Source: a virus. From it: 54,070 nt of DNA. Location: IMG/VR virus record IMGVR_UViG_3300012964_000006, positions 1 through 54,070 of that record; one strand, written 5' to 3'. Positions within the stretch are counted from its first letter, which is position 1. Every line of letters begins with the position of its first letter. Positions 40,954-48,459 of this stretch are shown here, piece by piece. Under the pieces are notes generated by a model. It worked only from the letters and a program-made list of their open reading frames with translations. It was not told the origin of the DNA and made no database searches. A program made the translations under genes and the position numbers.

Positions 40954-41604
40954 CTAATGAGTGATATAAAACGCTCTTTGTTCAAATAGGGCCATCTGCT
41001 CAGGCCCCACTACTCTGTATGCATCAGGTAGGTCTGCTTGTTTGTACACTGGCGGGTTCTCCGTTTCATACCTCATATCATCTAGGGGTAAACTCGCTCC
41101 GACTGTCCAGCCCAGCCCGTCCCGTTTGATAAACTCTGCTCTCCACAAGTTGCCAGTGTAACCACTGTGACAATTCCGGCAGAGCAGACAACATTTGTCT
41201 AATTCCTTCCAGGTTTCGGCAAAATTATTGTTATAAATAAGCGAGGTGGGAGTATGCTTCTTTTCGGCCCGGTAAATATGATGAAAGTCCAACCCTGCCG
41301 TAAATTCCTTGTATCCACACCGCTGGCAACACCCACCGGACAATTCCACAAACTTAACTTTTAGCCCGTTGTTCCGATCCCTGTTGTATTTCTTTGCCCA
41401 CTCCCTATCCCGCTTTGCGTTGTTCTCACAATCAATACAATAACTCCGATACCCATAATTTGTGTTTTGGCCTTCGCCTGGATTCCGCCACCTGTAAAAC
41501 TGCTTTACCGGCTTGAATCGCTTGCACTCGCTACACCATAATTGGCCCTGACTCCACATCTGATTACGGAGCTTTAATTCTGTTGTTGTTAATCTCTTTG
41601 GCAC
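40954..41604 (-). CDS. HNH endonuclease
   Basis: CSECK, CIDCE, CQRCG..DFHHI..CLLCRNCH; GTG start; own promoter and leader. Confidence 0.75.
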   Translation of the reverse strand: MPKRLTTTELKLRNQMWSQGQLWCSECKRFKPVKQFYRWRNPGEGQNTNYGYRSYCIDCENNAKRDREWAKKYNRDRNNGLKVKFVELSGGCCQRCGYKEFTAGLDFHHIYRAEKKHTPTSLIYNNNFAETWKELDKCCLLCRNCHSGYTGNLWRAEFIKRDGLGWTVGASLPLDDMRYETENPPVYKQADLPDAYRVVGPEQMALFEQRAFYITH

Positions 41605-41787
41605 AGTCTCACCCCTATCTCGTAAGCTATGCGCCCGCCGATTTCGGCAAAATAAAAACGGCTATCTTGTCAGACAACCGTCAATGTGCTAGAATGATTC
41701 TAGCGACTGTTGCCTATCTCAGCGGTCGCTCTTTAGCCGGCTTTGGGTGTTCCTGCACCCGGCCGGCTTTCATTTTTGATTGACGGT

Positions 41788-41816
41788 ATTATAGCACAGA
41801 TGTTCTTTTAGTTCAA
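41788..41816 (-). promoter_or_regulatory. Promoter TTGAAC-17-TGcTATAAT
   Basis: Minus strand: TTGAAC = 41811-41816, TATAAT = 41788-41793. Confidence 0.6.
41793..41806. promoter_or_regulatory. LexA-like box AGCACAGATGTTCT in the promoter spacer
   Basis: Minus-strand reading AGAACATCTGTGCT abutting the -10. Confidence 0.45.
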
Positions 41817-41823
41817 CTTTATG

Positions 41824-42138
41824 TTAGTCCGATCTGCTAGATACCTTAACCCCCGGCCGCTTACTCGACGGCAATACCACCCCGTCAACCAGCTTTCCGG
41901 CTTCCTCATCTGGCACCCAGGCCAGGTAATATTGATTGTTCTCTGTCAGTATCCACTTGACGGTATACCGTGGTTTCATCTGCCCTCGCTCGCCCCCCCC
42001 TTGGCCGGCCAGGGTAAAGGAGACGAAACCCCTGGCCGGCTGTCCAAGGAGGCCGCTGATGAAGTCTAAATGAGTACTTACTCGTGTTAATCCCGCTGCG
42101 TCAAATCTTAAACGTTTTAGCGTGTCAAATTCCGGCAT
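41824..42138 (-). CDS. Hypothetical protein
   Basis: 104-aa ORF. Confidence 0.55.
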   Translation of the reverse strand: MPEFDTLKRLRFDAAGLTRVSTHLDFISGLLGQPARGFVSFTLAGQGGGERGQMKPRYTVKWILTENNQYYLAWVPDEEAGKLVDGVVLPSSKRPGVKVSSRSD

Positions 42139-42361
42139 CAGAACGCGTGTTCTGTCCGTCGTCTAAAACCCGAATCGCCCGGGCCAATCCCGGCGCTCGT
42201 TCGATCAGGCCCATTGCCTCTAATTTTAACACGTGATGCTGGGCCGCGCTGCTACTGGCCAGGCCCACGCCGGCGGCAATCTCGCGGCAGGTTGGAGCCC
42301 GGCCCGTATCGGCAAAATGCTCTTTGATATAGGCTAAAACTTGTAAGGTGCGAATTTTCAT
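42125..42361 (-). CDS. LexA N-terminal DNA-binding-domain-only protein (78 aa, no S24 peptidase domain)
   Basis: MKIRTLQVLAYIKEHFADTGRAPTCREIAAGVGLASSSAAQHHVLKLEAMGLIER..RAIRVL matches the LexA wHTH pattern; ATGA-coupled start 42361. Confidence 0.7.
   Translation of the reverse strand: MKIRTLQVLAYIKEHFADTGRAPTCREIAAGVGLASSSAAQHHVLKLEAMGLIERAPGLARAIRVLDDGQNTRSDAGI
42139..42154. promoter_or_regulatory. LexA-like palindrome CAGAAC-GCGT-GTTCTG
   Basis: Lies in the last codons of the LexA-like gene, just upstream of ATG 42138. Confidence 0.45.
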
Positions 42362-42594
42362 TTTATCAGGCCCCACACCTTAAGCTGTTCGTGGCGCTTG
42401 TCCCTCTGTTGGTGCGGAACGGGCCGTTTTTGTTTTTCGGGCTGGAAGATGATCGGCTTATCAAAACTGCCACTGGCCACGCAAATATAGCGACTCGAAT
42501 CCGCCGTAGTACACTGGCAGGGCCAGCTATGGCAAGATTGGCAAACCCCGTTGAATGTTGCGCTTGAACTGGTATCGTCTAATTTTATGTACAT
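42358..42594 (-). CDS. Hypothetical Cys-rich protein
   Basis: 78-aa ORF. Confidence 0.5.
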   Translation of the reverse strand: MYIKLDDTSSSATFNGVCQSCHSWPCQCTTADSSRYICVASGSFDKPIIFQPEKQKRPVPHQQRDKRHEQLKVWGLIK

Positions 42595-42623
42595 AAGCGA
42601 TGACTATGACTAAAACATACGTT

Positions 42624-42842
42624 CTACCCGGCCGGCGGCAATTTATCCAGGTCCACGCCGTCGACTTCCTTTGCCACAAACCGCCAGTTTTTGGCCATCA
42701 TTAGCAAATTGGATAATGCCAATTCGTCGGCCTCGCCCTGGGCCAATGCCTGGCGCAACATTTCATTTTTGCGCTTGATTCCGTTTAGCAATTCTTCCAG
42801 GCGCCTGGCCGCCTCGTCCATCCTGAAGTGATCCTCGCTCAC
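42624..42842 (-). CDS. Hypothetical coiled-coil protein
   Basis: 72-aa ORF; similar in style to 42859..43044. Confidence 0.5.
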   Translation of the reverse strand: MSEDHFRMDEAARRLEELLNGIKRKNEMLRQALAQGEADELALSNLLMMAKNWRFVAKEVDGVDLDKLPPAG

Positions 42843-42858
42843 GTTCCCCCCGTGCAGC

Positions 42859-43044
42859 TTAATGTTTTTCGCCGGTCAGTCTCCGGCTTTTCATCCGCTC
42901 AATCGTCCGAGTTAGTATCCTGACGTTATTCTCGCTGTCTTGCAGTGCGGCCCTCAAGATGTCGTTACGCCGCCTGGCCCTGCATAACAAATCTTCCAGC
43001 GCGGCTATCTCCTCATCCTCTACCGATGTTTGATTTACGATCAT
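42859..43044 (-). CDS. Hypothetical coiled-coil protein
   Basis: ORF trimmed to ATG 43044 (MIVNQTS) with GAAGGGG upstream. Confidence 0.45.
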   Translation of the reverse strand: MIVNQTSVEDEEIAALEDLLCRARRRNDILRAALQDSENNVRILTRTIERMKSRRLTGEKH

Positions 43045-43303
43045 CGTGGCCCCTTCCCCAAAACTCATCGGCCAATTGTTCCGCGACGGCCTGGGCCGTG
43101 GTAATTTCTGCAAGCCGGTTTTCGAGATGGTTTAGGGCTTCGGTCAGGCGGTCGATCCGGTCGAGGAATTGCTTATCCCGCCTGTCAACGTACCAGGCAA
43201 AGATAACCAACAGGGGAAATTGAACTATAATCGGGGTCAGGAGTTCCCATTCAGGCGTTGCCGCCCCTTGCAAAAATGGCATAAATAGTGATATGATGTT
43301 CAT
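43013..43303 (-). CDS. Membrane protein
   Basis: 96 aa, N-terminal TM helices; first gene after the 43.4-kb switch region. Confidence 0.55.
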   Translation of the reverse strand: MNIISLFMPFLQGAATPEWELLTPIIVQFPLLVIFAWYVDRRDKQFLDRIDRLTEALNHLENRLAEITTAQAVAEQLADEFWGRGHDDRKSNIGRG

Positions 43304-43392
43304 AGGCTCTCAGGGAAGCACCTTTTTCCTGTTTGCTCAGGCCCGGGCCGGGTGCGGAAATCACCTGACCCGGGCCGCGTGGTTTAAAGACA

Positions 43393-43429
43393 AAGGGCCA
43401 TACCCCGCTAGCGGTACGGCCCTTTTTTA
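43393..43429 (-). terminator. Promoter-proximal terminator-like hairpin (T-rich on both strands)
   Basis: GGGCC(43395-43399)..GGCCC(43418-43422); TTTTTT on plus, TTTGTCTTT on minus. Confidence 0.45.
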
Positions 43430-43448
43430 CGCCTGTTCTTTTCTGGCA

Positions 43449-43462
43449 AGAACGGGTGTTCT
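43449..43462. promoter_or_regulatory. LexA-like box AGAACGGGTGTTCT
   Basis: GAAC-N4-GTTC core; immediately downstream of the minus-strand -10; extra half-site TGTTCT at 43433-43438. Confidence 0.5.
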
Positions 43463-43468
43463 GTTGTT

Positions 43469-43497
43469 ATAATATTATGTTTTATGCCTATTGTCAA
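43469..43497 (-). promoter_or_regulatory. Promoter TTGACA-17-TATTAT (leftward operon)
   Basis: Minus strand: TTGACA = 43492-43497, TATTAT = 43469-43474. Confidence 0.55.
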
Positions 43498-43557
43498 GTT
43501 AAGGTTTTTGGCAGGTTGACAATAATAAAACCCGTCTAAAACTCGTGGTAAAAACTA

Positions 43558-43586
43558 TTGACAACTGACTATATATCGGATATAAT
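43558..43586 (+). promoter_or_regulatory. Perfect consensus promoter TTGACA-17-TATAAT (rightward)
   Basis: TTGACA 43558-43563, TATAAT 43581-43586, 45 nt upstream of ATG 43632. Confidence 0.7.
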
Positions 43587-43631
43587 ATAGTCAATCAACA
43601 ATAATTAATTAGTTTCTCACGGAGGATAAAA

Positions 43632-43847
43632 ATGTTTAGCTTTCTCAAAGGTTCTAAGGTTATCGCCCCCAGTGGCAAGACGCTAGAAATTCTTGAAGTT
43701 GAGGTCGAGGTCGTGAAAGACACGGCCGGGCAGACACACAATAACATTTCCTATACCGTCTCCTGGAACGGCGGCGAACCGGAAACAGCCTTCCCTTCGG
43801 CCGTCAACGGCTTGGCCCAAATTCCGGGTAGCCAGGTAATCAAATGA
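43632..43847 (+). CDS. Hypothetical protein
   Basis: 71-aa ORF with GGAGG SD. Confidence 0.6.
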   Translation: MFSFLKGSKVIAPSGKTLEILEVEVEVVKDTAGQTHNNISYTVSWNGGEPETAFPSAVNGLAQIPGSQVIK

Positions 43848-44074
43848 TTGACCAGGTTATCAGCCAGGAGGTTGAGAAGGCCCTGGAGGCGATGCATCCC
43901 GTCGGACAAAAATACCGGACCGTGTTGGAGCGAATGGCCCACCAGGTGGCCACGGCCGCCGCTCACGAGGCGTTACTTGGTTTGAAATCCAGCCAGCAGG
44001 TGGCTGATCTGTACGGGGTTAGCCGCCAGGCCATCAATACCCGGGCGGCCCGGCTCCGTTCCCGGCGCGGTTAG
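43844..44074 (+). CDS. HTH DNA-binding protein (ends at an in-frame TAG; see extension)
   Basis: VADLYGVSRQAINTRAARL HTH; ATGA overlap with the previous gene. Confidence 0.6.
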   Translation: MIDQVISQEVEKALEAMHPVGQKYRTVLERMAHQVATAAAHEALLGLKSSQQVADLYGVSRQAINTRAARLRSRRG

Positions 44075-44173
44075 TTTGGTTGGGAAGTGGGGGCCGGTGC
44101 CTGGGCGTTCACCCCGGAGGAGGTAGAGGCCCTGCGGCCTGGGCCGGCCGGCCGGCCACGAAAAACCGCATAG
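44075..44173 (+). other. In-frame coding-like extension after TAG 44072-44074
   Basis: Same frame reads FGWEVGAGAWAFTPEEVEALRPGPAGRPRKTA then TAG; the terminator follows 14 nt later. Confidence 0.5.
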
Positions 44174-44186
44174 CCCCCCGAATCAA

Positions 44187-44215
44187 AAAGCCCTCGCTTG
44201 GGGGCTTTTCTTTTT
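44187..44215. terminator. Bidirectional intrinsic terminator between convergent units
   Basis: AAGCCC-TCGCTTG-GGGGCTT with TTTTCTTTTT (plus) and TTTTTGATT (minus). Confidence 0.65.
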
Positions 44216-44269
44216 GCCGCTGTCAATGCCCGCAATCTGACAGTATGGTGACATTCGAGTGACATCAGC

Positions 44270-44716
44270 CTAACTCCCAGTACACCCGATATACCATTGC
44301 TCGGCGCTAAACGGAGTTTCCCGGGCCAATTCGATAGCATCATCCGGTTTAATGTCGCACAGTTTGCGCTGGGTAATTCCCTCCAAAACCTCTTTGAGGG
44401 TGAGCCACACAAAACCACTGTCCGTATGTATGGGCATTGCCCTATCTGGAGAGTACCCCAGCGCCAGGGCCGATTTTATGCCCTGGCGGTAAAGCTCCAG
44501 TGTTTCGGCATAATCGGCCGGGTCGTTGGGGTATTTCCATCGCCACCTGGCCTGGCGATTTTCCCACTCCCTAGCCTGGACCAAGACAGAGCCGTAAATA
44601 GCTTCCCCGCCTATCAATAATCCCGGTATTATGGGCAAATTGGCAAGCGCCCCTTTTAGCTTCTCGGCCGCCGCATTAAGTTTTTCGGAGTCGACTTTTA
44701 TTTTTACGGTTGCCAT
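44270..44716 (-). CDS. Hypothetical protein
   Basis: 148-aa ORF; last gene of the wrapped early operon. Confidence 0.6.
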   Translation of the reverse strand: MATVKIKVDSEKLNAAAEKLKGALANLPIIPGLLIGGEAIYGSVLVQAREWENRQARWRWKYPNDPADYAETLELYRQGIKSALALGYSPDRAMPIHTDSGFVWLTLKEVLEGITQRKLCDIKPDDAIELARETPFSAEQWYIGCTGS

Positions 44717-44732
44717 ATTTTTATTATACCAC

Positions 44733-45137
44733 CTATCCTAACACAATACACGTTTCCCCCCTCTGCTGTCCCGGCCATCTCTCCCTAACTACCGGCCTGC
44801 CCCCCGGTCCTGTCAATACCGGCAAGCCCTCACCCTCGGGGCATTTCGGTACATCTTTCCGCTTGCCCAATGCCATCCCCGCCGGCAGCTTCCAGGGTGG
44901 CCTTTTTGGCGCCCCCCGGTATTTATCGCCGCCGTTCTGCTCTGCCCTCTGCTGTCGCAGTTCGACCGCCCGGGCATTGTGGCAGGTGCGGCAATCGTCC
45001 CGAAATTGGATCCGTCCGGTTTTTTTGCTCCGGCCCATCGTCGGGAAGTAGGCCGTAGTCAGCGGGTAGGCAACGCCGCAACGTGAACAGATTTTGGTAG
45101 TCTGGTCTTGGTTGTCCTGGTCCTGGTTGGTGGTCAT
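44733..45137 (-). CDS. Zinc-finger protein
   Basis: CSRCG..x..CRTCH. Confidence 0.55.
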   Translation of the reverse strand: MTTNQDQDNQDQTTKICSRCGVAYPLTTAYFPTMGRSKKTGRIQFRDDCRTCHNARAVELRQQRAEQNGGDKYRGAPKRPPWKLPAGMALGKRKDVPKCPEGEGLPVLTGPGGRPVVRERWPGQQRGETCIVLG

Positions 45138-45857
45138 TTATTCCATCCTCCGAAATTGAATGACCCACACGTGGGGGTTGTCCTGCCAGGTGCAGCCGGG
45201 GCGCTTGCCGTTGATGGATTGCCACAGGGTTTGAAATTCCGGCCGGTATACCGTCCCGTTAGTCGCGTCGTGCCAAGCGGATACCCCCTCCGCCTTAGCG
45301 TCCTCCTCGCTGATGTCCTGCAACCGCTCGACTCGGACGCCGGTAATCTCCAACCTGAGTCGGCAGGCCCAGCGGGGCATAAAAATAGACGGCTGCCATT
45401 TCTTGGTACGCGCCGCCGCAAGCCACAGGTTAGCGGCGTCTTTGGTGTTTTCAATGGCCACAAATTCGTTATCGGCCCGGTAACGGATACCATCAAGGCC
45501 CGATTCTAATTCCTCGGTTCGCCAGGTTTCCCGCACCCAAAGCGAATCGCCGGGCTTGCCGTAGGAACATTTTACCGGGATAACGTTTAATTCATCGGCT
45601 TGTCGTCCAACAAACCAATGATACAGGCCGGGGTTTTTACGGTAGTCTCTTTTGTACTTGGTGGCAATATAATGGTCATTTGGGATCAAGCCGCGATAGC
45701 CCAGCGGTGGCCCGAATCTAGCAACATTGGCAAATGTACCATGGTAGTTATTGACTTCTTCCAGGCCATCTAGCCGCCTGGTATTCGTTTTTCTATCCTC
45801 CAATATCGCCCGGACCATCGGCCCGCTCATCAAAATAGGTCGCTCGATTCTGTCCAT
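45138..45857 (-). CDS. ASCH/PUA-like domain protein (tentative)
   Basis: N-terminal RPILMSGPMVRAILEDRKTNTRR pattern common in phage ASCH-like proteins. Confidence 0.5.
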   Translation of the reverse strand: MDRIERPILMSGPMVRAILEDRKTNTRRLDGLEEVNNYHGTFANVARFGPPLGYRGLIPNDHYIATKYKRDYRKNPGLYHWFVGRQADELNVIPVKCSYGKPGDSLWVRETWRTEELESGLDGIRYRADNEFVAIENTKDAANLWLAAARTKKWQPSIFMPRWACRLRLEITGVRVERLQDISEEDAKAEGVSAWHDATNGTVYRPEFQTLWQSINGKRPGCTWQDNPHVWVIQFRRME

Positions 45858-46363
45858 TATGCCGCCTCCCTCAATCGCTGCTCAATCATCTTAATCGCCT
45901 TGTCTATCAACCGCCGGCCACCGCCGGCGTTTACTGTCCCAATCGCCTCGGCAATACGGGTTTGATGCCACTTACCCTTGCCGTTCTGGTACTGCTCAGG
46001 GTTGGCCAGGATCAGGTTAACCCCGGCCGTAAATTGATCGTTTGGCCGCTGCCTTGCCGCCTCGATATGGTGATAGTACGGCTCCCGCTTAATGTCCACA
46101 TCCCCGAATAACTGGGGGCAGTTCTGGTATAGCCAGGGCCATCCTTCGGCCGGGTCGGCTGGACAGTCGGCAAATGTCAGGCCGGCCGCTTTAATGACGG
46201 GCTGGACATCGGCCGGCGCTCCCTCGTTTTGCAAGGAAAACCCAACCGGCTCAATTGCAAACCTAATCCCTGGCCCCTCAATCGTCAACACGTCACCTAT
46301 TTCTATTTCAACCTCTACCGGCTTTCGTCCCGGAAGGTGCAATAATCCATTTAATTTGTCCAT
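45857..46363 (-). CDS. Hypothetical protein
   Basis: 168-aa ORF. Confidence 0.6.
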   Translation of the reverse strand: MDKLNGLLHLPGRKPVEVEIEIGDVLTIEGPGIRFAIEPVGFSLQNEGAPADVQPVIKAAGLTFADCPADPAEGWPWLYQNCPQLFGDVDIKREPYYHHIEAARQRPNDQFTAGVNLILANPEQYQNGKGKWHQTRIAEAIGTVNAGGGRRLIDKAIKMIEQRLREAA

Positions 46364-46638
46364 TTGCGTTCCCCTGCTGTATAATCGGCCACGGCGGTAA
46401 GAATTTGCGTTCCCCGCCCCCGCCGTGGCCGTTTTGGTTGCGGCGGGTTTTTTATTACTAGTAGTGCTGTGTTTACAAACTTTAGCTCTTGCCCGCTGTT
46501 CCGCCCGTCCTGTCGGAGGGGGTACAAGCCTGTCAATTCAGGCGCCGGTTTCTCACCGGCGAAGGCACCCTCTGGTAATTCCACCAAAGAGGGGAATGGG
46601 TTTCAGGGTTGCCCACGCCCTACATTACCAATAGTTCC

Positions 46639-46914
46639 TTAATCGTCCGCTTTGGTCAGAATTTTCAGGCCCATTGAGGTGTAGAATGAAACGAGTCGCT
46701 CTGCGTCAATCCCGGCTTCTTTCGGAACCGCCTCTATCCCTATGTCCCCACCATACCCGGTATCCCGTATTTCAGAGATGGCTAATGTCAAAAGTCTTTT
46801 TGCTTTCCCCTGCCCTCTATATTCAGGGTGCACAAAAAGGCCGTAAATCAAAGCGGAGGACTCCCCCACTTCAAAGTAACACCATCCAAACCGAGTCTGA
46901 ATAAAATCTTCCAT
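46639..46914 (-). CDS. Minimal GNAT-like acetyltransferase (91 aa)
   Basis: LFVHPEYRGQGKAKRLL (motif A R/QxxGxG/A); ATG 46914 with GGAG upstream. Confidence 0.5.
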   Translation of the reverse strand: MEDFIQTRFGWCYFEVGESSALIYGLFVHPEYRGQGKAKRLLTLAISEIRDTGYGGDIGIEAVPKEAGIDAERLVSFYTSMGLKILTKADD

Positions 46915-46998
46915 AAAGTCTCCACTTAATTCTTGTTCACTCTGCGTGGGTGGTGGTCCTTTCCCACCCCGCCCCAGCGGCCTCAAGCGGCCGGGGCG

Positions 46999-47232
46999 TT
47001 AAATCATTAATCTCCAATACTCCCCACCCGTCACCAGCCCTCGCCACGTCTCGCCGTTCGGTATCCACCCGTCGAGCCACCTGGCCCCGTCCAGTACAGC
47101 CAGATAGACGCGCTCCGGCAAATTCCATTGTTGCCAAAACATCACGATCAGCGGAAATTGCCAGCATAGCCGGCGGTCGTTGTCGGCTATGACCAGTTCA
47201 AGCGAGGCGGTTAGGGTGACGATGTGTTTCAT
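46999..47232 (-). CDS. Hypothetical protein
   Basis: 77-aa ORF. Confidence 0.5.
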   Translation of the reverse strand: MKHIVTLTASLELVIADNDRRLCWQFPLIVMFWQQWNLPERVYLAVLDGARWLDGWIPNGETWRGLVTGGEYWRLMI

Positions 47233-47357
47233 TCCCGGTATCCCATAATCTGACGTCGGCTCCTGGCATACTGGACGACCGCCAAGGCGACCAGGAGCAA
47301 CATAAACCCGCCGCCACCGCCACAGAGAAGAAAAATAAAGACAAAGACGTTAGTCAT
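47229..47357 (-). CDS. Small membrane peptide (42 aa)
   Basis: ORF trimmed to ATG 47357 (MTNVFVFIFLLCGGGGGFMLLLVALAVV). Confidence 0.4.
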   Translation of the reverse strand: MTNVFVFIFLLCGGGGGFMLLLVALAVVQYARSRRQIMGYRE

Positions 47358-47631
47358 TGCCCCGCTCCCGTATGCCGTTCTTTTCCAGCAACCGGCGGTA
47401 CCGTTCCGGCGAAAGGTAAAATGTTCGTCCTCCACCGTCCTTAAAAATCAATTCTCCATCCTCGGTCGTCTTGGTGGTCAGGATCGCGATGGTCCTGAAT
47501 AGCAGGACAACCCCGCTTCTGACGCGATGCCCATAACGTAGTTCAATTTCGCCATTGCGGACAAGCGTCACCCAGGCCCGGATTGGGCCAATACCCTTCT
47601 GGCGGTAGTCGGTAACGATATAGCCGGTCAT
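47350..47631 (-). CDS. Hypothetical protein
   Basis: ORF trimmed to ATG 47631 (ATGA overlap with the upstream gene). Confidence 0.5.
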   Translation of the reverse strand: MTGYIVTDYRQKGIGPIRAWVTLVRNGEIELRYGHRVRSGVVLLFRTIAILTTKTTEDGELIFKDGGGRTFYLSPERYRRLLEKNGIRERGND

Positions 47632-48209
47632 TGGCTCACCCTCACTTTGTGTACTCGCTTGTGTGCGCTGAGCTGGTAACGGTTGCCAAACGTCACCCCG
47701 CAAACATTGCAGGTTACGACCGGCAGCGCCGCAGGTTCTGGCAATTGCGCCGGCTGCACTCGCTCGATTCGTAAAGCCGTCTCGCTCTTGTCGCTGGCCG
47801 TCTCGCTGGCCCTGGCTGCCTTCGCTTCCTTGCCAGCAACCAGCGAGTCGACCTGGCGATACAAAAAGCCCAGCAACGCAATAGCGACGGTCGGAAATAG
47901 CGCATACGTCCAGGCTGCCACGGCTGCCACGCTCAGCGTAAACTCAGGAGCGAGGTAGCCAACATTCATTAGCCCACTTGCGATAACAAAAGCGAAATAG
48001 CCGGCCCACGCGATTCGCTGCGTCTTTTCCCACCTGGTAAAATACGCCGCCACAATGATAGCCATTTCGACCGCCACGGCATACGGCAACCCAAGCCAGG
48101 CCGTCCACAAAGACGGCTCAAAACTGGCAGCGTAGGCGGTGACGTGGACAATCGTCACCAGTCCGAAGGGGACCATTGAACCGATGATCCATTTACGCCG
48201 GTTGTCCAT
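47628..48209 (-). CDS. Multi-pass membrane protein with a C-terminal classical C2H2 zinc finger
   Basis: 4 TM helices, then CNVCGVTFGNRYQLSAHKRVH (47649-47711) = C-x2-C-x3-F-x5-L-x2-H-x3-H; start ATG 48209. Confidence 0.6.
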   Translation of the reverse strand: MDNRRKWIIGSMVPFGLVTIVHVTAYAASFEPSLWTAWLGLPYAVAVEMAIIVAAYFTRWEKTQRIAWAGYFAFVIASGLMNVGYLAPEFTLSVAAVAAWTYALFPTVAIALLGFLYRQVDSLVAGKEAKAARASETASDKSETALRIERVQPAQLPEPAALPVVTCNVCGVTFGNRYQLSAHKRVHKVRVSQ

Positions 48210-48459
48210 CGTCGGCCCCCTGCCTCGCCAATTTCTCGGCAAAATCATCCATCTCCAGGTAAGACACCCCCCGGTAATAATCGTCAGGCCCATCACTCTT
48301 GGGACAATCGGGGTTTCGGCATACGCCCCAAACGGATGACCCAGTCAGGACGCAAACCTCAAACGGATGACCCTTGCAGCATATCCCGGTGTATTCGTCG
48401 CCGTCTGCTATTTCCCCGGCGGTGATGATCTCATTATTCTCAATTTTAGCCGTTAACAT
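48193..48459 (-). CDS. Hypothetical Cys-rich protein
   Basis: 88-aa ORF. Confidence 0.55.
   Translation of the reverse strand: MLTAKIENNEIITAGEIADGDEYTGICCKGHPFEVCVLTGSSVWGVCRNPDCPKSDGPDDYYRGVSYLEMDDFAEKLARQGADDGQPA

Noticed and set aside
46351-46587. 78-aa minus-strand ORF in the 46.4-46.6 kb gap
   Set aside because: It has a Pro/Arg/Gly-rich composition and no SD, and it overlaps strong hairpins. It is more likely non-coding.
46639-47232. Possibility that 46999..47232 and the mini-GNAT are one gene split by a stop (same frame)
   Set aside because: The separating codon is TAA, the 28-codon linker is Gly/Pro/Arg-rich junk, and the upstream ORF shows no GNAT N-terminal motifs.
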